DNA from: Candidatus Nanopelagicaceae bacterium
GTDB lineage: Bacteria > Actinomycetota > Actinomycetes > Nanopelagicales > Nanopelagicaceae
DNA: 41,527 bases
Assembly (NCBI GenBank): GCA_044352485.1
Contig: JBILDT010000001.1
Coordinates: 1 to 41,527, forward strand
Direction of reading: 5' to 3'
A program made the translations under genes and the position numbers. The notes beneath the pieces are model-generated. The model was not told the origin of the DNA, made no database searches, and was given only the letters and a program-made list of their open reading frames with translations. Below, piece by piece: positions 10,443 through 21,252 of the stretch. How positions within the stretch are numbered: position 1 is the first letter of the stretch; the number at the start of each line of letters is the position of its first letter.

Positions 10443-11573
10443 CTAGCCTACTGGCGCTATTTGAATCGGTTTTGCGATGGTGGCCAACATCCTGTCTATT
10501 ATCTTTCGCGCTCGATCCCGAGTAGTTTCAGTTGGAGTCAAACGATTTGCAATAACCGCAAAAACGAATTCACTCTCACCAGCTTCGATATACCCAGCTA
10601 AAGTTACGGAAGAATTAATCCAACCGGTTTTAGCTTTAACTAGACCTTTTGCGCTAGAAGCAGAATCCTGAAACCTTTTCTTAAGCGTTCCGGTTTTCCC
10701 AGAAAGCGGAAGGCCATCATAAACAGCTTGGAACTGTGGTTCATTTCTAATCTTCAGCAATAGCTCAGCAACTGTTCGGACAGAGACTCTGTTTTCACGT
10801 GAAAGCCCACTGCCATCGAAAACCTTTAGACCCGTTGTATTCACTCCAAGAGAATTTAACGTTTCCTCAAAGGCTAGATTTAAACTTAGATCATCACGCG
10901 AATAGCCCAGTTTTACAGCAGCATTTCGAGCTACCCGATCTGCCAACACATTATCGCTCCATAAAAGAGTGAAATTTAGAATTTTACGCAATTTGGGAGA
11001 AGTTACTCTTGAAATCTCTGTTGGCTCTTGATCTGGGGAAGCTGGTGGCTTAGTAATTCTCTCAAACTTAATTTCGTTACCGTAATAAGTTCTAAGGCTT
11101 TTTATGTCAGCATCAAACATGCCATAAAACTTAATTTTCAAGCCAGCATAATCGCCACGTCTATTGATGACTTCATTAATAAGCTTGGTAGACAGTGCGC
11201 GATTTGACCCCTCCGCCACGCTTGCACTTGTTGTCAGCCATGGATCACGCTCGCCCTGCAAAATATAGACATCAGGATCTTCGGTTGAATTAATTGTCGT
11301 ATTAAATACTTTGTCAGGTCCGAAGGCATAAATTGCTGCGGCCGCAGATATTATTTTTAAGACCGAGGCTGGAGCACGAGGCTCATCCGCAGCATCTGAA
11401 TAAATCTCAGTCTGCGTTGTTGGATCAAAAACAATGATTCCTGGTTTCGCAAGGGTCGAAGAAGTAGCGAGTTTCTTAAAGGTTTTTGGAACCGATAGTG
11501 CATGTGCGCTCGGATTTAATGACGCCAGCAAGACAATGGCTGATATGAGAGAAACTAACCTTAGTTTAATCAC
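10443..11573 (-). CDS. dacB: D-Ala-D-Ala carboxypeptidase/endopeptidase (PBP4, S13)
   Basis: SxxK (PASVLK), SDN, DGSGLSRENR and AKTG motifs. Probable GTG start at 11573 gives a signal peptide and overlaps the upstream stop. Confidence 0.88.
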   Translation of the reverse strand: MIKLRLVSLISAIVLLASLNPSAHALSVPKTFKKLATSSTLAKPGIIVFDPTTQTEIYSDAADEPRAPASVLKIISAAAAIYAFGPDKVFNTTINSTEDPDVYILQGERDPWLTTSASVAEGSNRALSTKLINEVINRRGDYAGLKIKFYGMFDADIKSLRTYYGNEIKFERITKPPASPDQEPTEISRVTSPKLRKILNFTLLWSDNVLADRVARNAAVKLGYSRDDLSLNLAFEETLNSLGVNTTGLKVFDGSGLSRENRVSVRTVAELLLKIRNEPQFQAVYDGLPLSGKTGTLKKRFQDSASSAKGLVKAKTGWINSSVTLAGYIEAGESEFVFAVIANRLTPTETTRDRARKIIDRMLATIAKPIQIAPVG

Positions 11574-12465
11574 TCGCCTCTGCCACTTTCTTACTAAATC
11601 TACCCTGCGAAATTGCTGCTCCAAGAACAACTATCGCACCGCCGACTGGTTCGTGCCAAGTGATGTTCTCGTTAAGAAAAATCCATCCAATGAATACCGC
11701 TACGACTGGCGTTAAGTAAGTAACTGAACTTGCGACCGAACTTCCTGCTCGTTCTACTATTTGGAAATTCCAGATATATGCAAATCCAGTACCAAAGATT
11801 CCGAGTGCCATCACTGCAAGAACTGGGCCAAGACGATATTCGGTGCTAGCGACTCCATCAATTAGATAAAACGGCAGAAGAGTTAGTGCCCCGGTTGTTA
11901 CTTGTCCTGCGGCAAGTGCTTCAGCGGTGAGATTTAGTGGTATCAGATACTTCTTAATTATTGGGAAAGCAAGACCGTAGCAAGTTATTGCTGCGAAGAG
12001 GGCGAGCACTCCATTGCCGGAACCAGAGCCAATTCCGTTCCAAATTCCGAGCACAACTATTACGCCAACTCCACCTACCGCTAACCCAAGAATTTGCTGG
12101 TTTTGAATCTTCTCGGATCTAAAGAAGATAAAGATAAAAACTAGGGTGGCCAACGGAGTAAAGGAATTAATGATTCCAGCAAGAACTGTTGTTACTTCTT
12201 GCTGGGCGTATGCAAATAAGAATCCAGGAAAAACATTTAGAAGTAGTGAGACGACCCAGAGAATAAACCAAGTTTTAGGTTCTGTAGGAAGTTTGATTCC
12301 TCGAATTTTTACAATTAATAACAGAACCATCGCACCAAGAGCGCATCTGCCAAATGTAACACCAACCGGGGATAAGAATTCAAGACCTAGCTTGATAAAT
12401 ACAAAGGAGGATCCCCAAACCAAGCCAAGAATCAAATAAATAGGGAGCCAGGATTTTTGCTTCAT
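11566..12465 (-). CDS. EamA/DMT family transporter
   Basis: LVWGSSFVFIK, about 10 TM segments in two repeats, SSVTYLTPVVAV...LNE. ATG 12465 is preceded by a GGGGGAG SD. Confidence 0.9.
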   Translation of the reverse strand: MKQKSWLPIYLILGLVWGSSFVFIKLGLEFLSPVGVTFGRCALGAMVLLLIVKIRGIKLPTEPKTWFILWVVSLLLNVFPGFLFAYAQQEVTTVLAGIINSFTPLATLVFIFIFFRSEKIQNQQILGLAVGGVGVIVVLGIWNGIGSGSGNGVLALFAAITCYGLAFPIIKKYLIPLNLTAEALAAGQVTTGALTLLPFYLIDGVASTEYRLGPVLAVMALGIFGTGFAYIWNFQIVERAGSSVASSVTYLTPVVAVFIGWIFLNENITWHEPVGGAIVVLGAAISQGRFSKKVAEASD

Positions 12466-12489
12466 GCAAACTCCCCCTAATGTTTGGGT

Positions 12490-13125
12490 ATGACAACTGC
12501 TGAAATTGGACCTGGTGAATTCTATCCAGTGGTTGGTGTTGGGCCTCATCCAAAACCGTGGCCTGAGGCAGAACATTTTGATTCAGAGCTTCTTGCAAAC
12601 GGAGACCGAAGAAATGTTTTAGATCACTACCGATATTGGAGCGTTGAAGCAATAGTCGCTGATTTAGATACTAAGCGACATGATTTACAGATAGCGATAG
12701 AAAATTGGCAACATGATTTGAATATTGGTTCAGTGGTTCGAACCGCAAATGCATTCAATGTTTCAAAGGTTCATATCGTCGGCAAACGCGACTGGAATAA
12801 GCGCGGTGCGATGGTTACAGATAAATACCTTCATGTGTTGCATCATCCAACAGTTGCTGATTTTAAAATTTGGTGTGACGAAAATAGTGTTCCGATAATT
12901 GGAATTGATAATTTGCCAATTTCAAAAGAGTTAGAAACTACTAAGTTGCCTAAAAAGTGTGTCCTGTTCTTTGGGCAAGAAGGGGCTGGAATGTCAGATG
13001 AGGCCGTTGAAATCTGTGAAACAGTTCTTGCAATTAGACAATATGGCTCTACTAGATCAATGAATGCATCAGCTGCTGGTGCAATTGCCATGTATGCCTG
13101 GGCAATGCAGCACCTAAACAATTAA
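12490..13125 (+). CDS. SpoU/TrmH-family RNA methyltransferase (actinobacterial type)
   Basis: NIGSVVRTANAF, FGQEGAG and RSMNAS SPOUT motifs; N-terminal GDRRNV.D.YRYW extension. Confidence 0.9.
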   Translation: MTTAEIGPGEFYPVVGVGPHPKPWPEAEHFDSELLANGDRRNVLDHYRYWSVEAIVADLDTKRHDLQIAIENWQHDLNIGSVVRTANAFNVSKVHIVGKRDWNKRGAMVTDKYLHVLHHPTVADFKIWCDENSVPIIGIDNLPISKELETTKLPKKCVLFFGQEGAGMSDEAVEICETVLAIRQYGSTRSMNASAAGAIAMYAWAMQHLNN

Positions 13126-14054
13126 TCTTCTTTTACTACCTCTTCAACAGCTTTAATTCGGCGACGAATCTCATCTGCTTCATCTACTCGACCCAAGGAT
13201 TGCAAAACATCTGCCATCCGATTCTCAATTTCTAGAATGAATTCAAAATCCTTATTGTCATGATCTGTTGCAATTTCTAAGACCCGATCTAAAGTATTTA
13301 AACCTTCTTCACCAAGCCCAGCGACTATTTGGGCTTTTCCTAATTCTAGGAGCGAATAAGTTTCACGATAGTGATCATGGGCAGTCACAAAAACATCTAG
13401 TGATTTCTGGGCTGCAATTATTGCGCCGTCGCCATCACCAATTTCTGTCAAGCAGTGAGCAATTTTTTGATCGCATCTTGCAACGTTTATAACTTCCTTC
13501 AATTTCTTGAATAAATCGCGAGCTTCTCTAAATGATTCAAGTGCTAGCCCATACTCTTTTAACTCACGTTGTGCGCATCCAATTAAATGTAGATCATTAG
13601 CTGCGCCACTGTCATTCCCATCAACCAAATGCTCTTGAACACATTCGGACATGCATTCGATTGTTTTTTCATACTCTTTTGAGGAGAACCACCACTCGCC
13701 AAGAGTGCAAGCCAAATCAATTGCTAATGGAGATTTTGATTCGCGAAGTAAGTCAACAGCTTTACTCATTGCATTTGCGGCTTCATTCATCCGCTTTAAT
13801 TGATTTAAGTTATATCCGATTGCGGAATACGCCTGAGCTAAACCATCAGATGGAACAACTGAACCTAGTTCGGCATAAATATCTCGGGCAGTTTCGGCAA
13901 GTGCGAGCGCTTCGTCATATTGACCGCGGGCATAAATTCGAGCACTTAACTCGTAATAGGTATTTGCACGATCTAACCCTTGAGTTTCTGGAATTCGCTC
14001 CCAGAGCATCTCCTCGGTGACGATGTCGTCCGTTGAATCCTCGTCCTCACTCAT
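13122..14054 (-). CDS. Tetratricopeptide-repeat protein
   Basis: Repeated helical units (A.AY..IG..L..L....EA, LELGKAQ) over the whole length; acidic; no catalytic domain seen. Start ATG 14054 lies 7 nt after TAGAGT. Confidence 0.75.
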   Translation of the reverse strand: MSEDEDSTDDIVTEEMLWERIPETQGLDRANTYYELSARIYARGQYDEALALAETARDIYAELGSVVPSDGLAQAYSAIGYNLNQLKRMNEAANAMSKAVDLLRESKSPLAIDLACTLGEWWFSSKEYEKTIECMSECVQEHLVDGNDSGAANDLHLIGCAQRELKEYGLALESFREARDLFKKLKEVINVARCDQKIAHCLTEIGDGDGAIIAAQKSLDVFVTAHDHYRETYSLLELGKAQIVAGLGEEGLNTLDRVLEIATDHDNKDFEFILEIENRMADVLQSLGRVDEADEIRRRIKAVEEVVKED

Positions 14055-14104
14055 GACAATGACTCTAGCAATACCTTCCCGCTTGCGCATCGGCAGGGGT
14101 ATAG

Positions 14105-15544
<1,440 letters not shown>

Positions 15545-16957
15545 TTAACTCTGACTTTCTTGTCTTGCAATAACTTTTCTAGATAAGAGAATATGTCCGA
15601 AGAAACCGATTAATAAAGCGAAAATTACGCCAACGTTTGAATATGCCCAGGCGCCATCTTTCCCGCCAATAAGTCCCATGAAATATCCCTGCCAAGATAG
15701 CCAGCTTGCAAAAGTGTTTGTAACAAATCCCCAACCAACAATGGCTCCGACTGCAACTAATGAAAGTGAACGCAGATTCCAGGAACCATAAATACCTTTA
15801 GGATTAAATAAATCTTCTTCCTTGAAATCCCGCTTGCGCATGAAAACATCTGCAACAAAAATTGCAGACCAAGCTGCAATTGGAACTCCGAGGGTTATTA
15901 GAAATCCTTGGAATGGTCCGAAGAAATCTTTGGCAATCCAAACAATATAAATTGTTCCAAGTGCCATGATCACAGCATCTATCGACGCCGCAACATGTCG
16001 TTTGACTGGAATTCCGACCGAAATTAGCGCTAGCCCAGATGAATAAAGATCGAGTATGGCGCCGCCAATAAGTCCCAGAATTGCAACAACTGCGAAGGGA
16101 ATTAAATACCAAGTTGGAACAAGTGTTGTTAGTGCACCGATTGGATCCATTCCGATTTTATCGGCCAGATCTTTGCTGCTTCCCGCAAGCATTGATCCAT
16201 AAATAACTAAAGTAATAGGAACTATTGAGGCGCCGAAAACTGTCCAGCCAACGACGGCTCGACTTGAAACAGTGCGTGGTAAATAACGCGAATAATCTGC
16301 AGCGCAGTTGACCCAGCCCAGACCGATTCCAGTAATTGCGAAAATAAGTGCACCCAAGAAGGCTTGAATATTGCCGCTAGGAATTGCAGATACTGAGTCC
16401 CAATTAACCAGGTGTGCAGTCAAAGCAATATAGCCAGCAGTTAAGGTAATTGTTAACAAAGTTAGAACTTTTTGAATTCGCATTATGACTCTAAAACCAA
16501 GAACTCCACCAACGATAGTTAACCCTGCAGCTATCGTGAATCCAATAATTCGAGAGATATTTGGTTCGATATCCCCAACTCGAGTTAGAACAGTTTCAGT
16601 TGCAAGTGTTGCAAGTGACACCAAGACAGTTTCCCAACCAACAAAGATTAAATAGGAAAGCAAGCCAGGAACCATATTTCCTTTTACGCCAAATGCCGCC
16701 CGTGAAATTGTCATTGTTGGTGCGCTGGCTCGTTTGCCTGCAAGGGAGCTAATTCCTACTAAAAAGAAAGAGGCGATTGTTCCGATTATTGCTGCAAAGG
16801 TTGCCTGCCAAAAAGAAATTCCAAATCCAAGAAAAAATGATCCATATGAAAGTGCCAGCAAAGATACATTTGCCGCAGCCCAGGGCCAGAACAGCGAGCG
16901 CGCAGATCCACTTCGTTCATTCTGCGAAATGAAGTTGGTGCCATTGATTTCTAGCAT
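15545..16957 (-). CDS. NCS1 purine-cytosine permease family transporter
   Basis: LFWPWAAAN, SRAAFGVKG and AADYSRY motifs; about 12 TM segments. Confidence 0.9.
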   Translation of the reverse strand: MLEINGTNFISQNERSGSARSLFWPWAAANVSLLALSYGSFFLGFGISFWQATFAAIIGTIASFFLVGISSLAGKRASAPTMTISRAAFGVKGNMVPGLLSYLIFVGWETVLVSLATLATETVLTRVGDIEPNISRIIGFTIAAGLTIVGGVLGFRVIMRIQKVLTLLTITLTAGYIALTAHLVNWDSVSAIPSGNIQAFLGALIFAITGIGLGWVNCAADYSRYLPRTVSSRAVVGWTVFGASIVPITLVIYGSMLAGSSKDLADKIGMDPIGALTTLVPTWYLIPFAVVAILGLIGGAILDLYSSGLALISVGIPVKRHVAASIDAVIMALGTIYIVWIAKDFFGPFQGFLITLGVPIAAWSAIFVADVFMRKRDFKEEDLFNPKGIYGSWNLRSLSLVAVGAIVGWGFVTNTFASWLSWQGYFMGLIGGKDGAWAYSNVGVIFALLIGFFGHILLSRKVIARQESQS

Positions 16958-16993
16958 GGGGCTAAGAGTAGAGGTAGTGGATAGGATTGGCAG

Positions 16994-18154
16994 ATGTTTG
17001 CGAAAGATGAATTTCTAAAAGCCAGACTCGCAATTTTAACTGCATTTCTTATCAACGGATTCTCGGTTGGGAACTTCGTTTCTAGAATCCCAGACTTCAA
17101 ATCTGAACTTGATATTTCTAACGGAATTCTTGGGGCCGCGCTTTTTTGCGCATCGCTCGGTGTTCTTGCCGCTCTGCGCCCAACAAGCAAAGCTGCTGCT
17201 AAATATGGCAGCGGTCCGGTAGTTAAATACTCTGCATTTACCCTTGCCTTGGCAGTTCCACTAGTTGGTTTACTCTTCAATCTTCCTTGGTTTATTTTCT
17301 CACTATTTATCTACGGAGTTCTCTCTTCAATCCACGATCTTTCAATAAATGCACATGCTGCTGCCTTAGAAAATAAGGCAGGAAAACGAGTCATGAGCAC
17401 TTTCCACGCAATGTGGTCGATTGGTGGATTGCTTGGTGGAGTAATCGGCGGTGTTCTAGCAAGCATCAATGTTTCTATTCGAATTCATGCATTTGTTATT
17501 GGTAGTTTTATTGTTCTTGTTGCACTTTTTACTCGTAATTGGTTCTTACCTGCCGAGGCAGATCAACACATATTTGAGAAACATAAGAAACGAAAAACTC
17601 CACGAAGGTTCTTAATTTTAGGGCTACTTGGTCTTTGCGGTGCGCTTGGTGAAGGAGCCGCAAGTGATTGGGGTGGCGTTTTAGCGCGAGAAACCTATGA
17701 AGCATCTGCTCTGATGTCAGCCCTGCCTTATGTTTTCTTCTCGGCCACGATGGTTATTGGAAGATTATCCGGAGATTTCCTTGCTCATAAATTTGGGGTA
17801 GTAAGACTTCTTACCTGGTCCGGATTTATTGCGGGAATCGGATTAACAGCTGGTCTATTTGCCGGAAACATCTATGGCGTAATCATCGGCTGGTTCTTAT
17901 TTGGAATTGGTATTTCAACTGTCATCCCAATGATGATTAGCGCAACTGGAACACTTGCTAATGAGAAATATCCAGGCCAAGTTTCTGCTGCCGAAGGTGT
18001 TGCCTTAGTAACTGGAGTTGCCTACTTTGGTTTCGTAATTGGCCCACCACTAATTGGATTTATTTCAGAAATCGTGACGCTGCGCTGGGCCATGCTGCTC
18101 CCTGCTGTATTGGCAATTATCTTTGGATTAAGTGCAAAAAAAGTATTGTCATAG
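16994..18154 (+). CDS. MFS transporter (YbjJ/fucose-permease-like)
   Basis: 12 TM segments, MSTFHAMWSIGG, EGAASDWG, motif-A-like GRLSGDFLAHKFG. Confidence 0.88.
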   Translation: MFAKDEFLKARLAILTAFLINGFSVGNFVSRIPDFKSELDISNGILGAALFCASLGVLAALRPTSKAAAKYGSGPVVKYSAFTLALAVPLVGLLFNLPWFIFSLFIYGVLSSIHDLSINAHAAALENKAGKRVMSTFHAMWSIGGLLGGVIGGVLASINVSIRIHAFVIGSFIVLVALFTRNWFLPAEADQHIFEKHKKRKTPRRFLILGLLGLCGALGEGAASDWGGVLARETYEASALMSALPYVFFSATMVIGRLSGDFLAHKFGVVRLLTWSGFIAGIGLTAGLFAGNIYGVIIGWFLFGIGISTVIPMMISATGTLANEKYPGQVSAAEGVALVTGVAYFGFVIGPPLIGFISEIVTLRWAMLLPAVLAIIFGLSAKKVLS

Positions 18155-18167
18155 TAAATTGCATTCC

Positions 18168-19193
18168 ATGATTACTCCTCAGAAACTTGCATCTAATCAA
18201 TTTGATCACTTCTACAAGGGCGGGTATCGCATCGGTGCGCTTCGCAATGGCCCAGGTGGACCAATGCGACCTGAAGAGTGGATCGGTTCGATGACTACCC
18301 GATTTGGTGAGAAAACCATGGGGCTCTCAACTCTTTCTGATGGAAGTTATTTACGTGATTCAGTTATTGCTAATCCTGAGCAATGGCTTGGCGCTGAACA
18401 TCTAAATACTTTTGGAGCAAGTACAGAATTATTAATGAAGCTTCTAGACCCAGATCAAAGACTTCCGGTTCACTATCACCCAAACCGTAAGTTTGCTAAA
18501 GAACATTTGTCACTTAAGCACGGAAAGACTGAAGCTTGGATTATTTTGGAAGCACCTGCTGGCGCAAGTGTTGGTCTTGGTTTTGGTAAAGAGATGGCGA
18601 AGTCTCAAGTTTCAAAAATGGTTGATGCCAGAGATTCCGATGGTTTACTAGCTTCACTTCAGAAGTTTGAAGTAAAGGCCGGAGACACCGTGTTTGTTCC
18701 AGCTGGAACACCGCATGCAATTGGTGCCGGTATTTTTGTTTTAGAACTTCAAGAACCAACCGATCTTTCTGCACTTCTCGAGTGGAATGATTTTGCAGTT
18801 GATGGAGTTAAAGATGGCCACCTTGGCTTAGGTTTCGATACCGTGTTGGATGCACTTCGCTACACACCAATTGAAAAAGATGAAGCTAGCAAATTAGTTT
18901 TCTCAAATCGCTTGTTCAGCGATTCTGATCAATCAGTATTCACTGCTGTTGCAGATCCTTACTTCCGTGCAGATTATCTCGCCGGAAACAACAGCAAGGT
19001 TGCTGCTGGTTTTAGCATCATGCTTGTTCTAGAAGGTAATGGAAGTATTGATTTTGAAAATCATTCACCAATTGAAGCTGTTAAGGGCGATGCAATTCTG
19101 ATTCCACACAGTGCAGGAAGTTGGACTTTGGCTGGTGCAAGCGGAGTAGTTTGTCGCCCACCACTAGCGAAAGATGCTTCGCTAGCTATTTAG
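18168..19193 (+). CDS. Class I mannose-6-phosphate isomerase-like cupin
   Basis: LMKLLD...LPVHYHP, GKTEAW, FVPAGTPHAIG, ELQEPTD. Start ATG 18168. Confidence 0.8.
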   Translation: MITPQKLASNQFDHFYKGGYRIGALRNGPGGPMRPEEWIGSMTTRFGEKTMGLSTLSDGSYLRDSVIANPEQWLGAEHLNTFGASTELLMKLLDPDQRLPVHYHPNRKFAKEHLSLKHGKTEAWIILEAPAGASVGLGFGKEMAKSQVSKMVDARDSDGLLASLQKFEVKAGDTVFVPAGTPHAIGAGIFVLELQEPTDLSALLEWNDFAVDGVKDGHLGLGFDTVLDALRYTPIEKDEASKLVFSNRLFSDSDQSVFTAVADPYFRADYLAGNNSKVAAGFSIMLVLEGNGSIDFENHSPIEAVKGDAILIPHSAGSWTLAGASGVVCRPPLAKDASLAI

Positions 19194-19836
19194 TTTTCGC
19201 AGGTGGCAGACTTTCTAAAGCGTTCGCCATCATTGGTGGGCAAGGCTCACCTGGTGCAATTACTGGTTCGAAATGCCACCATTCATTTTCATAAACCCGG
19301 CATAAGCCGAAGGTAGAACCATTCTCCTCTAGCCATTTAACGGCGATTCGGTCCCCCGGGTAATTAACATCAATTGCAATTCCCTTAGGATGATTTGAGA
19401 TTTCTTTTGGTAAGACCCATTTTGATGCTTCGTTTTCACTTCCATACTTCTTAACGGCATCATTGAACAATCTTTCTTGTAATTGCTGTGATCGAAACCC
19501 TGAAGTTATTCGGATATTGAATCCAATAGCTTTAGCTGCTGCCTGCGCTGCGAGAAATCTAACTTCGAAAGTTCGATCTAGTTTAGTCGGCCAGATCTCT
19601 GAATTAATTATCGGTGCTATGCCTAAAGATTCTTCGGGTGCTATACATCCGCTTTCAGTATCACTTGTTCGTAATTCACTGCTGTCGATATTGAAACAGA
19701 GAAGTGGCTTAACAACTTTTGGCGCAGATTGAATTTGAGTATCGCCTGTATTGCTAGCTGTCAGCGTAAGAACTGCGCAGACCAGTATCAGGTAACCCGC
19801 GCCCCAGAAATAGAAATCTGCAATTTGTTTATCCAT
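19186..19836 (-). CDS. M15 family Zn D,D-carboxypeptidase (VanY-like), membrane anchored
   Basis: ITSGFRS...Q, SxHxxGxAxD (SNHPKGIAID), ExWH (ENEWWH); N-terminal TM segment. Confidence 0.88.
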   Translation of the reverse strand: MDKQIADFYFWGAGYLILVCAVLTLTASNTGDTQIQSAPKVVKPLLCFNIDSSELRTSDTESGCIAPEESLGIAPIINSEIWPTKLDRTFEVRFLAAQAAAKAIGFNIRITSGFRSQQLQERLFNDAVKKYGSENEASKWVLPKEISNHPKGIAIDVNYPGDRIAVKWLEENGSTFGLCRVYENEWWHFEPVIAPGEPCPPMMANALESLPPAKTK

Positions 19837-20503
19837 AGTGCCGAGCTATCTCTGGGAAATTGGTAATCATGCCATCGACACCTAACTTTTTACAGACCTC
19901 AAATTCAGCTTCTTCATTTACAGTCCAGACCAAGATTCTACTTCCTCGAGCCTGCAACTTTTTTACTAGCGATGGATACCTAGCAACTAAACCAATATTC
20001 AAAGCTAAAACTTCTCTCTTCGAAAATCTTGCCGATAAGTAGTATTTGGTGACCTTACAAAAATTCCATTTTGATTTAACTCTTCCTATAGCAAAAATTG
20101 AAAAGGACATCACTATTACTTCAATTCCAGCGCGTTTAATTTGATCAGATTTAATCTTCAATAGTTCAATAACTTTATGCTCTATTTGTCCACCAAATAT
20201 ATTTGGGTGCTTTGTCTCAATAAGTAAATCCTGTTTTGCAGAAATGGCTAAATCTAGTAATTCATTCAAAGTTAGCAACTCATAAGAACTTTGGAGCTCT
20301 TTCAGACTACTTCGTGAGACCCTTAAATTCTCACCTGCGATTCGTTTTGTTGTGGAGTCGTGAATGCAGACAATTTCGCTATCGCTCGATAGCCGCACAT
20401 CACATTCAAAACCATCTGAGCCCTCTTCAATTGCAGCCGCGTAAGCCACTCTCGTCATCTCTGGGTATTTGCCGGATGACCCGCGGTGAGCGTATATCTT
20501 CAT
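19829..20503 (-). CDS. Glycerophosphodiester phosphodiesterase (cytoplasmic)
   Basis: AHRG, FECDV, IHD, IETK, VWTVN, GVDGMITNFP; no signal peptide. Confidence 0.92.
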   Translation of the reverse strand: MKIYAHRGSSGKYPEMTRVAYAAAIEEGSDGFECDVRLSSDSEIVCIHDSTTKRIAGENLRVSRSSLKELQSSYELLTLNELLDLAISAKQDLLIETKHPNIFGGQIEHKVIELLKIKSDQIKRAGIEVIVMSFSIFAIGRVKSKWNFCKVTKYYLSARFSKREVLALNIGLVARYPSLVKKLQARGSRILVWTVNEEAEFEVCKKLGVDGMITNFPEIARHYG

Positions 20504-21252
20504 TTGCCAAATATAAAAAGCAGGGAATTTACTATTCCAAAATTCTTAGTCGGCGGTTTGGCTATAAACAAGATACGCATGACTGGTGCCCAGATTCCAA
20601 ATACTCGAGAAAATACTTTTGCTCGCGCGCTTCGATCAGTAGTTAAGTTCCGAAAATTCCCTGAACTTTCAGTTGGATGAGTCGCAATCACAATTGGTTC
20701 AAAGCGTCCCTTCAATCCCGATCTAATTGCATCTGCTATAAAAATGTACTCATCCCCTAGATAATTTGGGGCACCAGCGCCAAAATCTTCATCAAATTTG
20801 ATTCCGGCACCTTTAATATCAGAAACTCTAATCATCATTTCGTATGTTGCGGCCTTAGCAGAATTTGTTAGCTTAAGTTGATGTGATTTAGCTGGATAGC
20901 GCTTTCGAAGCTCTCCACTTTCGTCTACGGCCTGCATCAATAGAATCGAAATCTGTGGATTTTCGTTCAAATAATTTACGGCTGAGACAATTCCCGATTC
21001 ATTAAATTCAATATCATCATCACCGAAGAGCAAATACTCGGATTCTGTATTTGTAATTGCGGCATTTCGACTCTTTGCTACGCCACGATTCTTTAATTCA
21101 ATGACTTTAACTTCAGTGCTGAAAGTCGGAAGTAATGTTGAATCTGGATTTTGAACTATAACTAGATTGCTTACCGAATTTAAAAACTTAATGTTCTTCG
21201 CCCGATTGGCTAAGGTTGAATAGCCGATTGTTAAAGGAAGTAGCTTATTCAC
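20500..21252 (-). CDS. Glycosyltransferase family 2 (GT-A)
   Basis: GVAKSRNAAI followed by LLFGDDD (DxD), and FDEDFG...GDE. Confidence 0.85.
   Translation of the reverse strand: MNKLLPLTIGYSTLANRAKNIKFLNSVSNLVIVQNPDSTLLPTFSTEVKVIELKNRGVAKSRNAAITNTESEYLLFGDDDIEFNESGIVSAVNYLNENPQISILLMQAVDESGELRKRYPAKSHQLKLTNSAKAATYEMMIRVSDIKGAGIKFDEDFGAGAPNYLGDEYIFIADAIRSGLKGRFEPIVIATHPTESSGNFRNLTTDRSARAKVFSRVFGIWAPVMRILFIAKPPTKNFGIVNSLLFIFGK

Noticed and set aside
12466-12576. ORF-track N-terminal extensions (EamA to 12576; also dacB 11630, TPR 14090, PMI 18132, LivG 32639)
   Set aside because: They overlap neighbouring genes or promoters; shorter starts have an SD or a correctly spaced -10.
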